64,000 nt of DNA from a virus, in IMG/VR virus record IMGVR_UViG_3300028802_000007, positions 32,001 to 96,000 of that record; one strand, given 5' to 3'. This document shows, piece by piece, positions 11,701 to 20,422 of the stretch. Below the pieces are notes generated by a model that saw nothing but the letters and a program-made list of their open reading frames with translations, made no database searches and was not told the origin of the DNA. How positions within the stretch are numbered: the stretch's first letter is position 1; each line of letters opens with the position of its first letter. Made by a program: the position numbers and the translations under genes.

Positions 11701-11953
11701 TGGCCGCCGTCTGGGAAACCGTCTTGAGGACGGCGTTGGCGGTGAAGGAGGCAGACGTGCCCAGCACCTTGATCACCGCGTTGGCGGTGAAGACGTTGAA
11801 GATCCTTGGGGCTAGGACCTCGACGGCAAGCTGAGTGACCCGGGCGTTGGGTACGCCGTTCTCGAGGGTCTCGGCTGCAAGCTGTGTGACTCGAGCGTTT
11901 GGAGTGCCTAGCTCGAGTGCCTCGATGGCGGCCTGCGTGACGCGGGTCGCCAT
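5720..11953 (-). CDS. Large tail protein: 14-aa TGSFTANA repeats, hub-like domain, several beta-sandwich (D.F.R-initiated) domains
   Basis: 2077 aa downstream of the tape measure; repeats and Gly-rich linkers visible. Confidence 0.75.
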   Translation of the reverse strand: MATRVTQAAIEALELGTPNARVTQLAAETLENGVPNARVTQLAVEVLAPRIFNVFTANAVIKVLGTSASFTANAVLKTVSQTAATKVQSNGSSGTASANVSITLGATPTIGNLLVAASAKRNGVTAETASLNNGTWTQIDREYTGVTAGDWPIVMWYQFVTTSLSATTTVTWSGTANNVAFDVMEFSNIKAFDTFVGTSSFTTAGTQSITPGLADVILLVSGLLQRNDTVPVGMTPAGSMTEDFESGGRPPIGVNYQIATAASGSYTIGSTGGAANRKALIGASFIAKPLNLTADAYISTGVGPGGTFTANAILKATGTGSFTAAALIKATRTGSFTANAVVKATRTGSTTADAVIQRTATGSFTADAFLLRPVTGSLTANAVLKATRAGSFTADAQLFVSGASSFSANAVIRASRSGSFTANAVIGVTRSGSYTANAVVLRNQTSSLTANAVIFAARTGSFTADAFTRRTQTATFTADAIRKRTQTGSYTANAVRFRTQTGSRTASAWIKIISTGSYTASATIKKSVTASFTANAWLKIPSGGYFTADAIRLATITQSFAVVLSDDFNRSVGPGTGSLGAPWVWSNDDSYTSTSSADNVFVDGASIVLPAHPTGHPADYNYSSWRFGARPTAGSVQFDFWVPPLASQSNAHPAYGINLDDPSTPVYMYVAADGTSGDWRVGTSQWSFSPNVPDATLALDASSWYTAELVYDALQNVEMRVWKVGSARPSSPLTSGRMNDKVGPVNNGVPFLDFYYSPEGSEVSKIDNFALYGITPNRVLLNAVIASRRFTADAYIRATRTGSFTARAVIKASRTGSYTADAFITQGYFRASATIRASRTGTFTANALFKSTRTGSFTADARFAYTFGGTFTANALINLTYQPSFTIDYNWFIPGTGGGGGSGGGGGSGGGNGTLPLTGVPTRIYINGVEMSRGHVIWKTAKFSAKTNAQTGECEFDVVDQDHDLTFETGDVIELYIGGILRWAGWVLLVTRAFPFPVQKAPLSDARIFHIVGGDYNRFLDKRILHDSAHPGRTWDYAAGTADNTILNNLWPFFDTDGFTKNFQHVGQGVLDIKGVTAKTGGNVAQGGFTLRDVLLHLSWDTGAIFYVTPQKVVTYVDADLVSSPYTLTDTPSGAMDVGYREARIVEDATEMINDAIVWGAGKGSNQIVKSRYQSAPSQSDHGRWQYGNFTSGIYKQATANAVARAAVEGSPASLRGAKNPMRSIEVRTYEPVFAVGDVVNIHNSQFYMPPAYPGAPDTHDDVLPIRTMTITWPTPDDPLFTLQLSWEIDAVWSMFDPWLPTGYPGLGGGGGTPLPVGGQEETGCTEADCGITDTFSRSVVSGWATSDSGRVWVAGPGQLQYEIDAINRATRVYSGFAEANPEQAQNTGSGGSDITMMLDSLGLSAVDMTWQMSIANTTTEGDHNAQPQFYWSEGNPQLFNDYMGFDFWIDKDGGDGYWAVYGSDAGGGAVSDSINTGAAYLAYDGIWNFHMVITGGQVQANVWAEGASEPAGFMLDCGSTAFTGMPLNTFWFFLPNIGQTVRLYELNINGISACSGSNFDNFQRVVTGGWGIPSQGGPAWVNGSGDPSIAVSNGIAAVPLNSGGTTNSVMAYIPDSGSVFAAPFRDDFTCTTFIRYGTAFGSHAVAFSLVVQQISAPFSPVPGGERRMTLEISPAGCELQLAVAGAGSASVGIPDVPTNVNINLKWEYSASVSRGKVWWGTSEPADWMVELTQAGVTGGYTRFNTQSSSNYTTDTFWGPIGFDYEGMPCGSNCADVYVWDNFNRTTSTNTIGTSSSGTAYTTQFVGGGNSGVNGASFFAESLGVAGYYNSNVVPFANPGFTLSMRLMATALPNGGGSGSTQWLLRIENTLGFGWIEMYFQFSPSGGLTIRMTVQAQIFTLSLADVGGGSSWIAGAWYTAEYDGSAGILTVWPDSAGSKPAGAAVAIDSLHYNYNRVYLVNQNGATSGTTNIGEIQVGTCTVIPPSGPGSVPSGTHLLNDVLTPLDTPSGGSYPVNSLWQATNSILTGTALVSVNGILQSGSAWTLTADDFGLITMHAALTESADVTMAYITNGALP

Positions 11954-11956
11954 GGG

Positions 11957-12967
11957 CTACGCGACTTCCTTGGCTCCCGCCTCCATCGCATTGACGGTCG
12001 ATGCCGCCCACGTTGCGCCAGAGGGGTCCAGACGGTCGTAGATCTGCCTGTAGTCGAGATACGAGGCAGTGAGACCAGCGGTCGTGGTGCCGTCGTAGTC
12101 GGTGCTGCTGATGCGGATGACGGGCGCGATCGTCCGGGTCCCGGCGTCGTCCTTGCGGGAGATGAGGTTGGTCTGGACCGCGTAGACGGAGGTCGCCGTG
12201 CCGACGAGGTCGGCCAAGGTGGAGGTCTCCCGGTCGCCCGGGGTGGACGAACTGACGAACGTCGTATCGCCGTCGTGGAGGAGCGGATCGTCCCAGTCGG
12301 TGTAGACGCCGGTCCATGCCGTGTTCGCGCCGTTGCCGTTGGGCATCAGGGTCTCGATGCGGCAGTCACCCATCCAGTCGTTCGTCGGAGACGAGCCGGT
12401 GGTGTCGTTGCAGTAGATGTCATCGACGTACATCTGCTGGCTGTTCCCGGTCTCGAAGCTGAGAGTGTCGATGTTGGTCGAGCCGGTGTTCACGCTCGAG
12501 GCACTCATCTCCGCCGACGAGGACCCGTTCAGGCGGAGCTCGACCGCACCTGTGGAGGCGTTGACCACGCACTTGATGACGGCGTGGTACCAGGTGTTCA
12601 CGACGATGTTGGTGGTGCCCGTCGCGAGCGTCGTCCCGGCGGAGTTGATGAGTCGCAGGAACCGATCCGCACCGCTCACGATGAGGGTCATCCGCAGGAC
12701 GTTGGTGCCAGCGCCGCGCATGTAGAAGTGGGTGTCGGCGGAGGTGACCGCCGTCAGGTAGAAGGCGAAGCCACAGAACAACGTGCTGTACGTCGGCCCA
12801 CCGAGGCTGACATCGCTACGAGCGTTCACGAACCGTCCACTCTGGCCGGAGTTGAAGCGGGTGAACGTCGCGCCAGTCCCGACGGCATTCAGCGCAGCAG
12901 CCCAGCCCTTGATGGTGACTTGGGCGGCGGACAGATGGTCGAACCCTTCCATGAACACGACTGCCAT
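11957..12967 (-). CDS. Minor tail protein with LamG/ConA-like domain
   Basis: Follows the tape measure; NTWYHAV...LRLNG...YVDDIY pattern. Confidence 0.65.
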   Translation of the reverse strand: MAVVFMEGFDHLSAAQVTIKGWAAALNAVGTGATFTRFNSGQSGRFVNARSDVSLGGPTYSTLFCGFAFYLTAVTSADTHFYMRGAGTNVLRMTLIVSGADRFLRLINSAGTTLATGTTNIVVNTWYHAVIKCVVNASTGAVELRLNGSSSAEMSASSVNTGSTNIDTLSFETGNSQQMYVDDIYCNDTTGSSPTNDWMGDCRIETLMPNGNGANTAWTGVYTDWDDPLLHDGDTTFVSSSTPGDRETSTLADLVGTATSVYAVQTNLISRKDDAGTRTIAPVIRISSTDYDGTTTAGLTASYLDYRQIYDRLDPSGATWAASTVNAMEAGAKEVA

Positions 12968-12974
12968 CGGACTC

Positions 12975-15900
12975 CTAGCCTCCTGTTGCTGACACGAGGC
13001 CGCGCATGCCCAGCCGTGCGGCCTTGCGGTTGAAGCTGTCCTCGACGGCGCGGACGATCCTGGCGACGGTCGCCTCGCCGGACACGTCGCCCTGGACCGT
13101 CAGGTAGAGGTTCACGCTGATAGGCCCGCCGCCGCCTCCGCCGAAGCCCCCGCCCATCATCATGGATCGTGGATTGCGGAGGATCGCGACGGTCTCAGGG
13201 CCAGCCTCGCCGACCTGAAGGACCGCTCCTCGAGCGTACGAGCCAAGGAAGCCAGCGGCGTGCGGCGTCGTGTTGCCCTGACCGGCCTGCATGTCGCCGA
13301 CGCTGGGCAGCGAGTACGCCTGATACCAGCCGCCGCCCCTGTTCTGCTTGAAGCCCAGCGATGTGTAGATGACCTTGACGGCGGTCTGGACAGCGCCACC
13401 GAACTGGGCGGCGAACTGACCAGCCTGACCAAGGGCACCCGTGAAGCCACCCTCAGCCTGCTGGAGGACGGCCTGGGCCTTGGACTGCGCCTGCGACAGC
13501 TTCATCTGCTGCGCGGCGATGGCCTTCTGGGCTGCCGCGATCGCGACCTGAGCCGCCTGCTCGCTCTTGATCAGCTTGACCGCAGCACCCGTGTCGGTGA
13601 CGCCACGGCTGGCACCGACGGTGAACATGCGCTCCTGGATGTTGAGCTGCTTCTGGGCGATCCGGGCTTCAGCCTCAGCCTGCGCCTGACGAGCGCCGCG
13701 CTCCTCCGACGTGAGGCCCGGGGCTTGGAAGCCAGCCATGGCCGTCTGGAAGTTGATCTGCTTCTGGGTGAGCATGAAGCCGAGCATCGTCTGCTGGCGC
13801 TCGAGGCCACCCATCTCGCCATTGCTGCCGCGACCACCCCCGCCTCGACCAGCGAGCGCCAGCGCGTCCGCGTACGAGCGGTTGGCGAGGCGCAGGTTGT
13901 TGGTGAACTGGGCCCACTGCTGGGCGGTCTGGGTGTTGACGATCTTCGTCTGCCAGCCGGCGATGGCCTTGCCAGCGTCCTGCATCTGGCCGGTGAAGTA
14001 GTCGAACGCCGCCTGCCCGGACTTGAACGTCTGACCACCGACGGTGGTCGGTGCAGCCATGCCGAGCGACGTTGAGGGCAGCGGAGCTCCGGTCACGCCG
14101 GGTCCGATGGGCGCGGTGTACTGGACACCCGGAGCGGTGGGAGCCATCGACACCTGCGTCGTCGGGACACCGATGCCGACGCTGTACGGGCCCTGCATCC
14201 CGGGCTGCTTGCCGATCCAGTCGGACAGGTTCTTCAGAGCCTCCTTGCCCTGGAGGGTCAGGTCGTTCTGGAGGGACTGGGCCTCGGTCAGGGTCTTGGC
14301 GATGTTGATGCCGCCGGGAGCGGAGCCAACGTCCTTGGCGGACACGCCCGGGGGCAGCACGCCAGCAGCGGCGTCCAGGAACGGATGACCAGCGAGCTCC
14401 ATGCCCATCTGGCCGGGGATGCCGATGCTGAGCTGCTGGGCGGTCTGGGCGGAGAGGACCTCGAGCTGCGCTCGCATGCCTCGAGCCTGCTGTGCGGCGA
14501 AGGCCTCCGGCGACTGGGTCATCGCGCCGCCAGCCACGTTCTGCCAGTACTTCGTGGCCTGCTGCATGCTGGTCACGACCTTGCCGTTCGCATCCAGCAG
14601 GACGGTCCCGCTCTTGTAGAGCTCGTCCACGCGATCGGCGTAGTCGGCGTACTTGCCACCGAGAGATCGCTGCGCGTCGGCAGCGTTCTTCATCTGGTCG
14701 AGCAAGTCCTTGTTCTTGGTGATGGTCAGGTGCGTCCCGTCAGCGGCCTCGCCCAGCGCGTCCGTGTACCGGCGAGCCTGCTGGTTGTAGTCCCTGACGG
14801 TGGCGGAGGCGAGCTGCCTGAACACCGGCCCTTGGGCGACCTCTTGCGGCGTCGGCGGGGTCCGGTAGCCGACGCGACCACCCGGGCCCATACCCGGCAG
14901 GTTGCCGACGTAGGCACCGATCTTCGACTCGGCGGACGACATCGGCGTGACCTTCTTGGCCTCGTTCGTGATGGTCATCAGGTCCTTGGTCATGATCTCG
15001 ACGGCACCCTTGCCGCCACCCAAGACCTCAGCCAGAAGGGCTCCGCCGCCGACCCCGCCGTAACCGCCGAAGAGGCCCTCAGGCGCTCCCTTGATGGAGC
15101 CGATGATGCCCTTGCGGACGTCCTCTCCCTGCTGGGCTGCGGCACCGCCGCCCTTGGCGAGGACACCGCCGGTCAGGTACTGCTGGGCGAAGGCACCACC
15201 AGCCGTGCCGATGCCACCCTGACCAAGAGCAGTCGCGAGAGCGGCCTCGACGTTGCCGCCCATCTGACGAGCCGACTCGCCGACGGTCTTGGTGACTTGC
15301 TGGGCGGAGGTGGAGAAGCCCGTGGCCCCGTCCATGAAGCTCTGGGTCGCCTTGATGGTGCCTTCGATGGCGGGCTGGATGACGGCGCTGGCCGCCTGCA
15401 TCGCCAGCCCGTAGCCGGACGTGGCCGCGATGATGACGCCCAAGTTCCTGACGATGCCAGCGTTCGTCGGCATGGTCTTGGCGGTGGCCTTGGTCAGGAC
15501 ATCGAGGCGTTCAGCCTCAGCCTTCTTGGCCTCGCGGATCGGGCCGACGACCTTGCGTAGGCCCTCGTAGTAGTCCTTCTGCTGGATGTTGCCCTTCTGG
15601 AGCTGATCAGCCAGCCCGATCTGCGCCGCCTTACCTGCACCGACCAAGGTGTTGGTCCGAGTGAACGCCTTGTTGTAGGCCGTCTGGGCCTCGACCCGCT
15701 CGCGCTCCGCCTGCGTCATCTGCTTGACGCCACCGAACAGGAACGAGGACACGGCGGCGATCGCGCCGCCAGGGGTGCGGGACGGCAAGACCTTGCCCGC
15801 CCCGGCCCGCATGATGGACAGCTCGTCACCCCTGTTCTCGCGGTCAGGAGTGTAGGCACCGCGACCAGCGCGGGACTTGCGGATGGTGGCGGCGACGACC

Positions 15901-18900
15901 CGGCGTCGCTCCTCCTGCTCCTCAGCCTCGATGGCCGGGAGCGCGGTGTACACGGCGGGGTTCTCGTACGCCTCGCGGGCGGCTTGCTCGCGCTCGAGAC
16001 GCCGGGCCTTGGCGGCGTCCTGCCGGTCCATCTCTTCCTTGTCCCGGCGGCGGGTGTCCCAGCCGGATGCAGCGCCGCGCAGGGCACCGACGTACGGCAC
16101 CGCCCACTTGGGGACGATGATGCCGTCCTGCTCTGGGCTGAAGAAGCTGTTGGCGGGCTTGTTGATCATCCCGGTCTTGGCACCGTCGCGGGCCCCGGGG
16201 ATGCGATCCATGACGAACTTGGGGATGAGGTGGGCGTCCCTGCCAGCGACGAAGCCCTCGCTGCCGTCGCCCTGCTCGTTGACGATGTACAGGCCGCGAC
16301 CGGTGGGCCCGCCTGCGGCGTGATGCTTGACGGTCTTCGCGAAGCGCCCCAAGGCCATCGAGCGCGTGACCGCCTCGAGGGTCTTCATGTCCTGCATGCC
16401 GGGGGCGGCGAGCATCGGGGCTCCGACGCGCTCCATCGGGCGGAAGCCCATCGGATCGGCGTTGTGTCCGAAGAACGGGCCCGGGTAGTCCCCGGACATC
16501 ATGTCCCACCAGTCCTGGGCACCGCTGATCTCACGGGCCTTGTCGAGGTAGGGGCCCACGAAGTCCTGTGCGAGGCGCGATCGTCCGGTGTAGTCGGTCC
16601 TGCCGCGACCTGAGTACAGGGCCTGATACCACTCAGGCATCGAGCGCATCGAGGCGGCCTTCTCGCCGCCGACGATGGGCTTCAGGACTCGCCCGCCTGC
16701 GGCGCGGTGCTGCCTAGCAGCTTGGCTCGCCTGCCACGCCATCATCGCCATGAACGGGTCGTTGGCCCAGCCGACGGCGGTCAGCGCCACCTCGTCGAGG
16801 AAGCCAGCGTGCGGCACCACCGATCCGCCGGCGGCCATGTACTTGGCAAGCTTCGGCGTCCGTCCGGCGGCGAGGTCGGTCTCGGCCTTCTCCTGGATCC
16901 ACAGCGCAGCCTGAAGCGAGACGGGCGGGATGCCCATGTCCTTGGCGACGGTGCGGAAGGCCTTCTCGACACCCGTTCGGACAGGACCGCGACCAGCTTG
17001 GCTGATGGCTCCCTGCGTGCCGGTGCGGAGGGCCCAGCGGTCGATCGTGATGGCGTCGAGGTCACCGCCCGTGTTGAGGAAGAACTGGCCGACCTTGGGC
17101 GTGTGACCCAGGATCGCCCACGGGTCAGCACCCTCGAGGATGGCCTTCGCCTTGCGGTGTGCGTCGAGGGTCGTCTGGTACGGGAACGGCTTGCCTGCCT
17201 GGTTCGCCTGAAGGATGCGGACGGCCTTGGTCTTGTTCGAGGACCACGCTGTCCCGGCGGACAGGGAGGCGGTGATGCCGCGCACCGTCGGCTCCGGCAG
17301 GCCGTACATGTCAGCCTGCTGCTGGATCCACTTCTGCGCTTCGGGATACCACTGGACGCCCATCTCGAGCGACTGGCGGCCATACGGGTTGCCCGGATCG
17401 AGCATGCGCTTGGCGGCGTCGCGGACGTTGCGGAGATACGACCGCTGGCGCTTGGTCATCCCAGCTTCGACCGAACCGCCGATGCCGCGATGGACGCAGC
17501 CAGCGTTGGCGTGGACGGCACCACCGACGCAGCGGTGCATGCCCAGCGACTGCCGGATCTCGTCGGCCTCAGAGTCGTTCTTCTCGATCATCTCCATCGC
17601 TTGGCGGATGAACGAGCCCATGCGCTTGCCGCCCATGGGGTCTTCCGGCCACTCGGTGCGGAAGTTGCCACCGGGCAACTGGTAGCCCATCGGGTCGTAG
17701 ACATCGACTGAGGCGTGGAGGGACTCGCGTGCGGCACCGACCAGCTTGGAGATCTGGGCGGTCGTCGGGAGCCGCGTCATCTCCGCCCCGACTGAGTGGA
17801 GCGGGCTACCCGGACCACTGGTATTGGTGCCCCAGACCCGGATGAAGCCCAGCGACTTCATACGCTCGACGGACTCAGCCTGATCCAAGCCAGGGAACAG
17901 GTCAGCCGACTCGCGGTGGTCGATGCTGCGCTGTCCGCGCAGGTAGTCCGGCTTCCCCTCGCGAGGGACGAAGCGGTCATCTCGGCGCGTGTAGCCCTGC
18001 GCCACATGGCGTCCACTGAAGTCGAGGAACTTGCCGGACGGGGTGATGAAGCCAGCCTCACGGACGTTCTCGGTGACGCCGTAATGCTTGATGGCGGCGG
18101 CCTCGAGGGCCTCAGGATCGCCGCCGTACAGGCTGGTGACTTCGCCGCCGTAGCCACGGTGGCGAGCACGCCACGACTCAGCCACGAACTGGTCGTAGCC
18201 CTGGGACATGGGCCCGTAGTTGGGGTCGCCGCGCAAGCCGGAGATGGTCGAGCCGATCTGACGCATGACCCGACCGGGGCTCTCCTCAGCAGCCCGCTCC
18301 TGCATATAGCGGGTGTGGTGCATCCACGGCTCGTTGTAGGTGGAGAACCGCCGACGGCTGATGTCGCGGCCCACGCCCATGTTGCTGCTGGGCCCGCCGA
18401 TGGTGTACGGACGGGTGGAGCGAGCCAGATTGCCGATCCGTCCTCGAGGGCCCTTGTTCCAGTCGAACCAGTGCTCCGGCAGGAAGGCCTCGACGGCGTA
18501 CTTCTCTCCGTAGTCACCACGGCTCCCCGTCTTGTCACCGGAGAACCAGTTCATGTCGGGCTCGCCGTAGGTGTGACCACGGGCGCTCGAGAGCCTCATG
18601 CCCTGCTGGCGGATCTGCGCGAGCACCTGAGAGGCGGTGGCGTCCGGCGTACCCCGAGTCGAGTGATAGCCACGGGCGTAGCCGGGCGGCACCGGCAGAG
18701 TCCCCAGCGGGGCTGGCATGTCGGTACCCGGCGGCAGCATCGGCGTCCGCGCACCCCGGAAGGCGTGCTGGATGTTCTTCTGCCGCTGCATGATCTGGTA
18801 CTCGAGAGCTGCGAGCTCAGCGGCGTGGCGGCGGTACTGGGCGACGTCCTTCTCGATGAAGCCAGAGGCTCCGGGGCGGAAGACCTCAGGGCGGCGCTCG

Positions 18901-19415
18901 CCGACGATGGTCGGGCGACCCTGCTGGACCGGGCCACCATGCTCGCGCTTGGGCATGATCTGCTCGATGGCCTGTCGGGCGAGGATCTGGCCCTTCTGGG
19001 GGCTCATGCCGCCCATCGACGAGAAGACGGTGCCGATGATGGCCTGCGGGCTGCCGGGGCCCGTCTTGGGGAACTGGGCGGAGACCTGGACCGGGATGGT
19101 GCCCAGACCCTCGGTGATCTTCGTCCGCATGGTGGCGATGGACTTGGAGTCCACGTCGATGGGGACGTGGATGGTCTGGAGGGTCTTGGCAGCCGTGGAC
19201 AGGGCAGCCTGAAGCTGGGCGGGTTCGATCGCGACCTTGATGGTCGTCGGGGTGGAACCCGCCCCAGCCTTCGCCGCTCCAGCGCCAGATGCGGCCTTGG
19301 CCGCCTGCTGCTGGAACGAGTTCAGCTTGCCCTGGGCCGTACCCAGTCCGGCGGAGAAGTTGCTCGCATCGAGCGACAACTTCACGCCGATATTGCTGAC
19401 TTCCTCGTTCGCCAT
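12975..19415 (-). CDS. Tape measure protein with inserted cargo domains
   Basis: 2146 aa, Ala/Gly/Gln-rich; N-terminal IGVKLSLDASNFSAGL; GGPV..VGE.RPE and VGEAGPE motifs; follows the tail chaperone. Confidence 0.85.
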   Translation of the reverse strand: MANEEVSNIGVKLSLDASNFSAGLGTAQGKLNSFQQQAAKAASGAGAAKAGAGSTPTTIKVAIEPAQLQAALSTAAKTLQTIHVPIDVDSKSIATMRTKITEGLGTIPVQVSAQFPKTGPGSPQAIIGTVFSSMGGMSPQKGQILARQAIEQIMPKREHGGPVQQGRPTIVGERRPEVFRPGASGFIEKDVAQYRRHAAELAALEYQIMQRQKNIQHAFRGARTPMLPPGTDMPAPLGTLPVPPGYARGYHSTRGTPDATASQVLAQIRQQGMRLSSARGHTYGEPDMNWFSGDKTGSRGDYGEKYAVEAFLPEHWFDWNKGPRGRIGNLARSTRPYTIGGPSSNMGVGRDISRRRFSTYNEPWMHHTRYMQERAAEESPGRVMRQIGSTISGLRGDPNYGPMSQGYDQFVAESWRARHRGYGGEVTSLYGGDPEALEAAAIKHYGVTENVREAGFITPSGKFLDFSGRHVAQGYTRRDDRFVPREGKPDYLRGQRSIDHRESADLFPGLDQAESVERMKSLGFIRVWGTNTSGPGSPLHSVGAEMTRLPTTAQISKLVGAARESLHASVDVYDPMGYQLPGGNFRTEWPEDPMGGKRMGSFIRQAMEMIEKNDSEADEIRQSLGMHRCVGGAVHANAGCVHRGIGGSVEAGMTKRQRSYLRNVRDAAKRMLDPGNPYGRQSLEMGVQWYPEAQKWIQQQADMYGLPEPTVRGITASLSAGTAWSSNKTKAVRILQANQAGKPFPYQTTLDAHRKAKAILEGADPWAILGHTPKVGQFFLNTGGDLDAITIDRWALRTGTQGAISQAGRGPVRTGVEKAFRTVAKDMGIPPVSLQAALWIQEKAETDLAAGRTPKLAKYMAAGGSVVPHAGFLDEVALTAVGWANDPFMAMMAWQASQAARQHRAAGGRVLKPIVGGEKAASMRSMPEWYQALYSGRGRTDYTGRSRLAQDFVGPYLDKAREISGAQDWWDMMSGDYPGPFFGHNADPMGFRPMERVGAPMLAAPGMQDMKTLEAVTRSMALGRFAKTVKHHAAGGPTGRGLYIVNEQGDGSEGFVAGRDAHLIPKFVMDRIPGARDGAKTGMINKPANSFFSPEQDGIIVPKWAVPYVGALRGAASGWDTRRRDKEEMDRQDAAKARRLEREQAAREAYENPAVYTALPAIEAEEQEERRRVVAATIRKSRAGRGAYTPDRENRGDELSIMRAGAGKVLPSRTPGGAIAAVSSFLFGGVKQMTQAERERVEAQTAYNKAFTRTNTLVGAGKAAQIGLADQLQKGNIQQKDYYEGLRKVVGPIREAKKAEAERLDVLTKATAKTMPTNAGIVRNLGVIIAATSGYGLAMQAASAVIQPAIEGTIKATQSFMDGATGFSTSAQQVTKTVGESARQMGGNVEAALATALGQGGIGTAGGAFAQQYLTGGVLAKGGGAAAQQGEDVRKGIIGSIKGAPEGLFGGYGGVGGGALLAEVLGGGKGAVEIMTKDLMTITNEAKKVTPMSSAESKIGAYVGNLPGMGPGGRVGYRTPPTPQEVAQGPVFRQLASATVRDYNQQARRYTDALGEAADGTHLTITKNKDLLDQMKNAADAQRSLGGKYADYADRVDELYKSGTVLLDANGKVVTSMQQATKYWQNVAGGAMTQSPEAFAAQQARGMRAQLEVLSAQTAQQLSIGIPGQMGMELAGHPFLDAAAGVLPPGVSAKDVGSAPGGINIAKTLTEAQSLQNDLTLQGKEALKNLSDWIGKQPGMQGPYSVGIGVPTTQVSMAPTAPGVQYTAPIGPGVTGAPLPSTSLGMAAPTTVGGQTFKSGQAAFDYFTGQMQDAGKAIAGWQTKIVNTQTAQQWAQFTNNLRLANRSYADALALAGRGGGGRGSNGEMGGLERQQTMLGFMLTQKQINFQTAMAGFQAPGLTSEERGARQAQAEAEARIAQKQLNIQERMFTVGASRGVTDTGAAVKLIKSEQAAQVAIAAAQKAIAAQQMKLSQAQSKAQAVLQQAEGGFTGALGQAGQFAAQFGGAVQTAVKVIYTSLGFKQNRGGGWYQAYSLPSVGDMQAGQGNTTPHAAGFLGSYARGAVLQVGEAGPETVAILRNPRSMMMGGGFGGGGGGPISVNLYLTVQGDVSGEATVARIVRAVEDSFNRKAARLGMRGLVSATGG

Positions 19416-19433
19416 CCGAGCACCTCGTGGGTG

Positions 19434-19655
19434 CTACACCGCCTCCCCCTTGAGAGACTTAGCGTTGAGATCGAAGCTTTCGAGACCGTCGAACCCGTCT
19501 TCGTCTTCGACGGGAGCGGGCGTGTTGGCTTCGATCCAGTCCTCGCGCAAGGCCAGGTAGTAGTGAAAAGGGAGCGCCGCCACCTCGTGGGGCCACCTCC
19601 CGTACCGCACCGCGATACGAAAGATGATCTGACGGGTGGTCAGGCGGCGTTTCCC
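19434..19655 (-). CDS. Tail assembly chaperone -1 frameshift extension (gpT-like)
   Basis: Slippery G GGA AAC at 19649-19655; the -1 frame (RRLTTRQIIFRIAVRYGRWPHEV...) is open to TAG at 19434. Confidence 0.75.
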   Translation of the reverse strand, partial: GKRRLTTRQIIFRIAVRYGRWPHEVAALPFHYYLALREDWIEANTPAPVEDEDGFDGLESFDLNAKSLKGEAV

Positions 19656-20017
19656 GGGGCCGTTCCTTCCTCAGCGTCGTCGCTGACAGCAGGGGTCTCG
19701 TCTTCCGGCTCGTCGCCGTAGTGCATCCGGTTGACGGTGGCGTTGAACTTCATCACCACGCGCATGGGCAGCGCGGCGAGCGCCTCAGCGGACAGCTTCG
19801 GGTCCGTCGAGCACTTCATCACCATGAGCTTGAGCAGGACGGTGTTGTCGATGAACTCGTCCTCGCCACCGCCCGGAGCGATGCGCTTCGTGGTGGCCTT
19901 GCGGACGAGGTCGTCGTAATCGCCGATGGACAGCTCGCGGAAGTGGTACAGAACGCCACGGGCGTTGACCTCTTCCTCGAGGAAGTCGGGAGAGAGCGGC
20001 TGGACCTTAGACGTCAT
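19640..20017 (-). CDS. Tail assembly chaperone (gpG-like)
   Basis: Lies between tail tube and tape measure; ends in a slippery heptamer. Confidence 0.8.
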   Translation of the reverse strand: MTSKVQPLSPDFLEEEVNARGVLYHFRELSIGDYDDLVRKATTKRIAPGGGEDEFIDNTVLLKLMVMKCSTDPKLSAEALAALPMRVVMKFNATVNRMHYGDEPEDETPAVSDDAEEGTAPGNAA

Positions 20018-20336
20018 CGAGCGTTACCCCTTCTACCAATAGGCTCGACCCCTGACGCACCATCGCGTAACCCGGGGCCTGGGTGAGCCTGTATTGCTTG
20101 TGCGGCGTGATCGAGACCACGATCCGCTTGACGTACTCCGGGTCGTCCCAAAGGGCGTCGGAGACGAACGAAAACGCGGCGCGGAGATCGTAGAGATCGG
20201 CATCCCGACCCTCGTCACCACGCCGCGTGAGCGTCCAGTTCGCGAACTCCCCGACCTTGGCTCCAAGGAACGGAACGTCCACGATCCCGGCGGGACGATA
20301 CGTCCCCGACCGGAGCAGCTTGAACAGATATGCCAT
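20007..20336 (-). CDS. Hypothetical tail-region protein
   Basis: ORF from MAYLFKLL, in operon. Confidence 0.55.
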   Translation of the reverse strand: MAYLFKLLRSGTYRPAGIVDVPFLGAKVGEFANWTLTRRGDEGRDADLYDLRAAFSFVSDALWDDPEYVKRIVVSITPHKQYRLTQAPGYAMVRQGSSLLVEGVTLDDV

Positions 20337-20422
20337 GCGATCCCTCAGAACACTCAGGCAGGCGAGGCCAGCAGCCCGGGAGAGGCCAGAGTAGGCCTCA
20401 CCTGCCCAAGATGGTACGGGGA

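Noticed and set aside
5720-11953. Diversity-generating retroelement target
   Set aside because: No reverse transcriptase and no adenine-variant TR/VR pair were seen.
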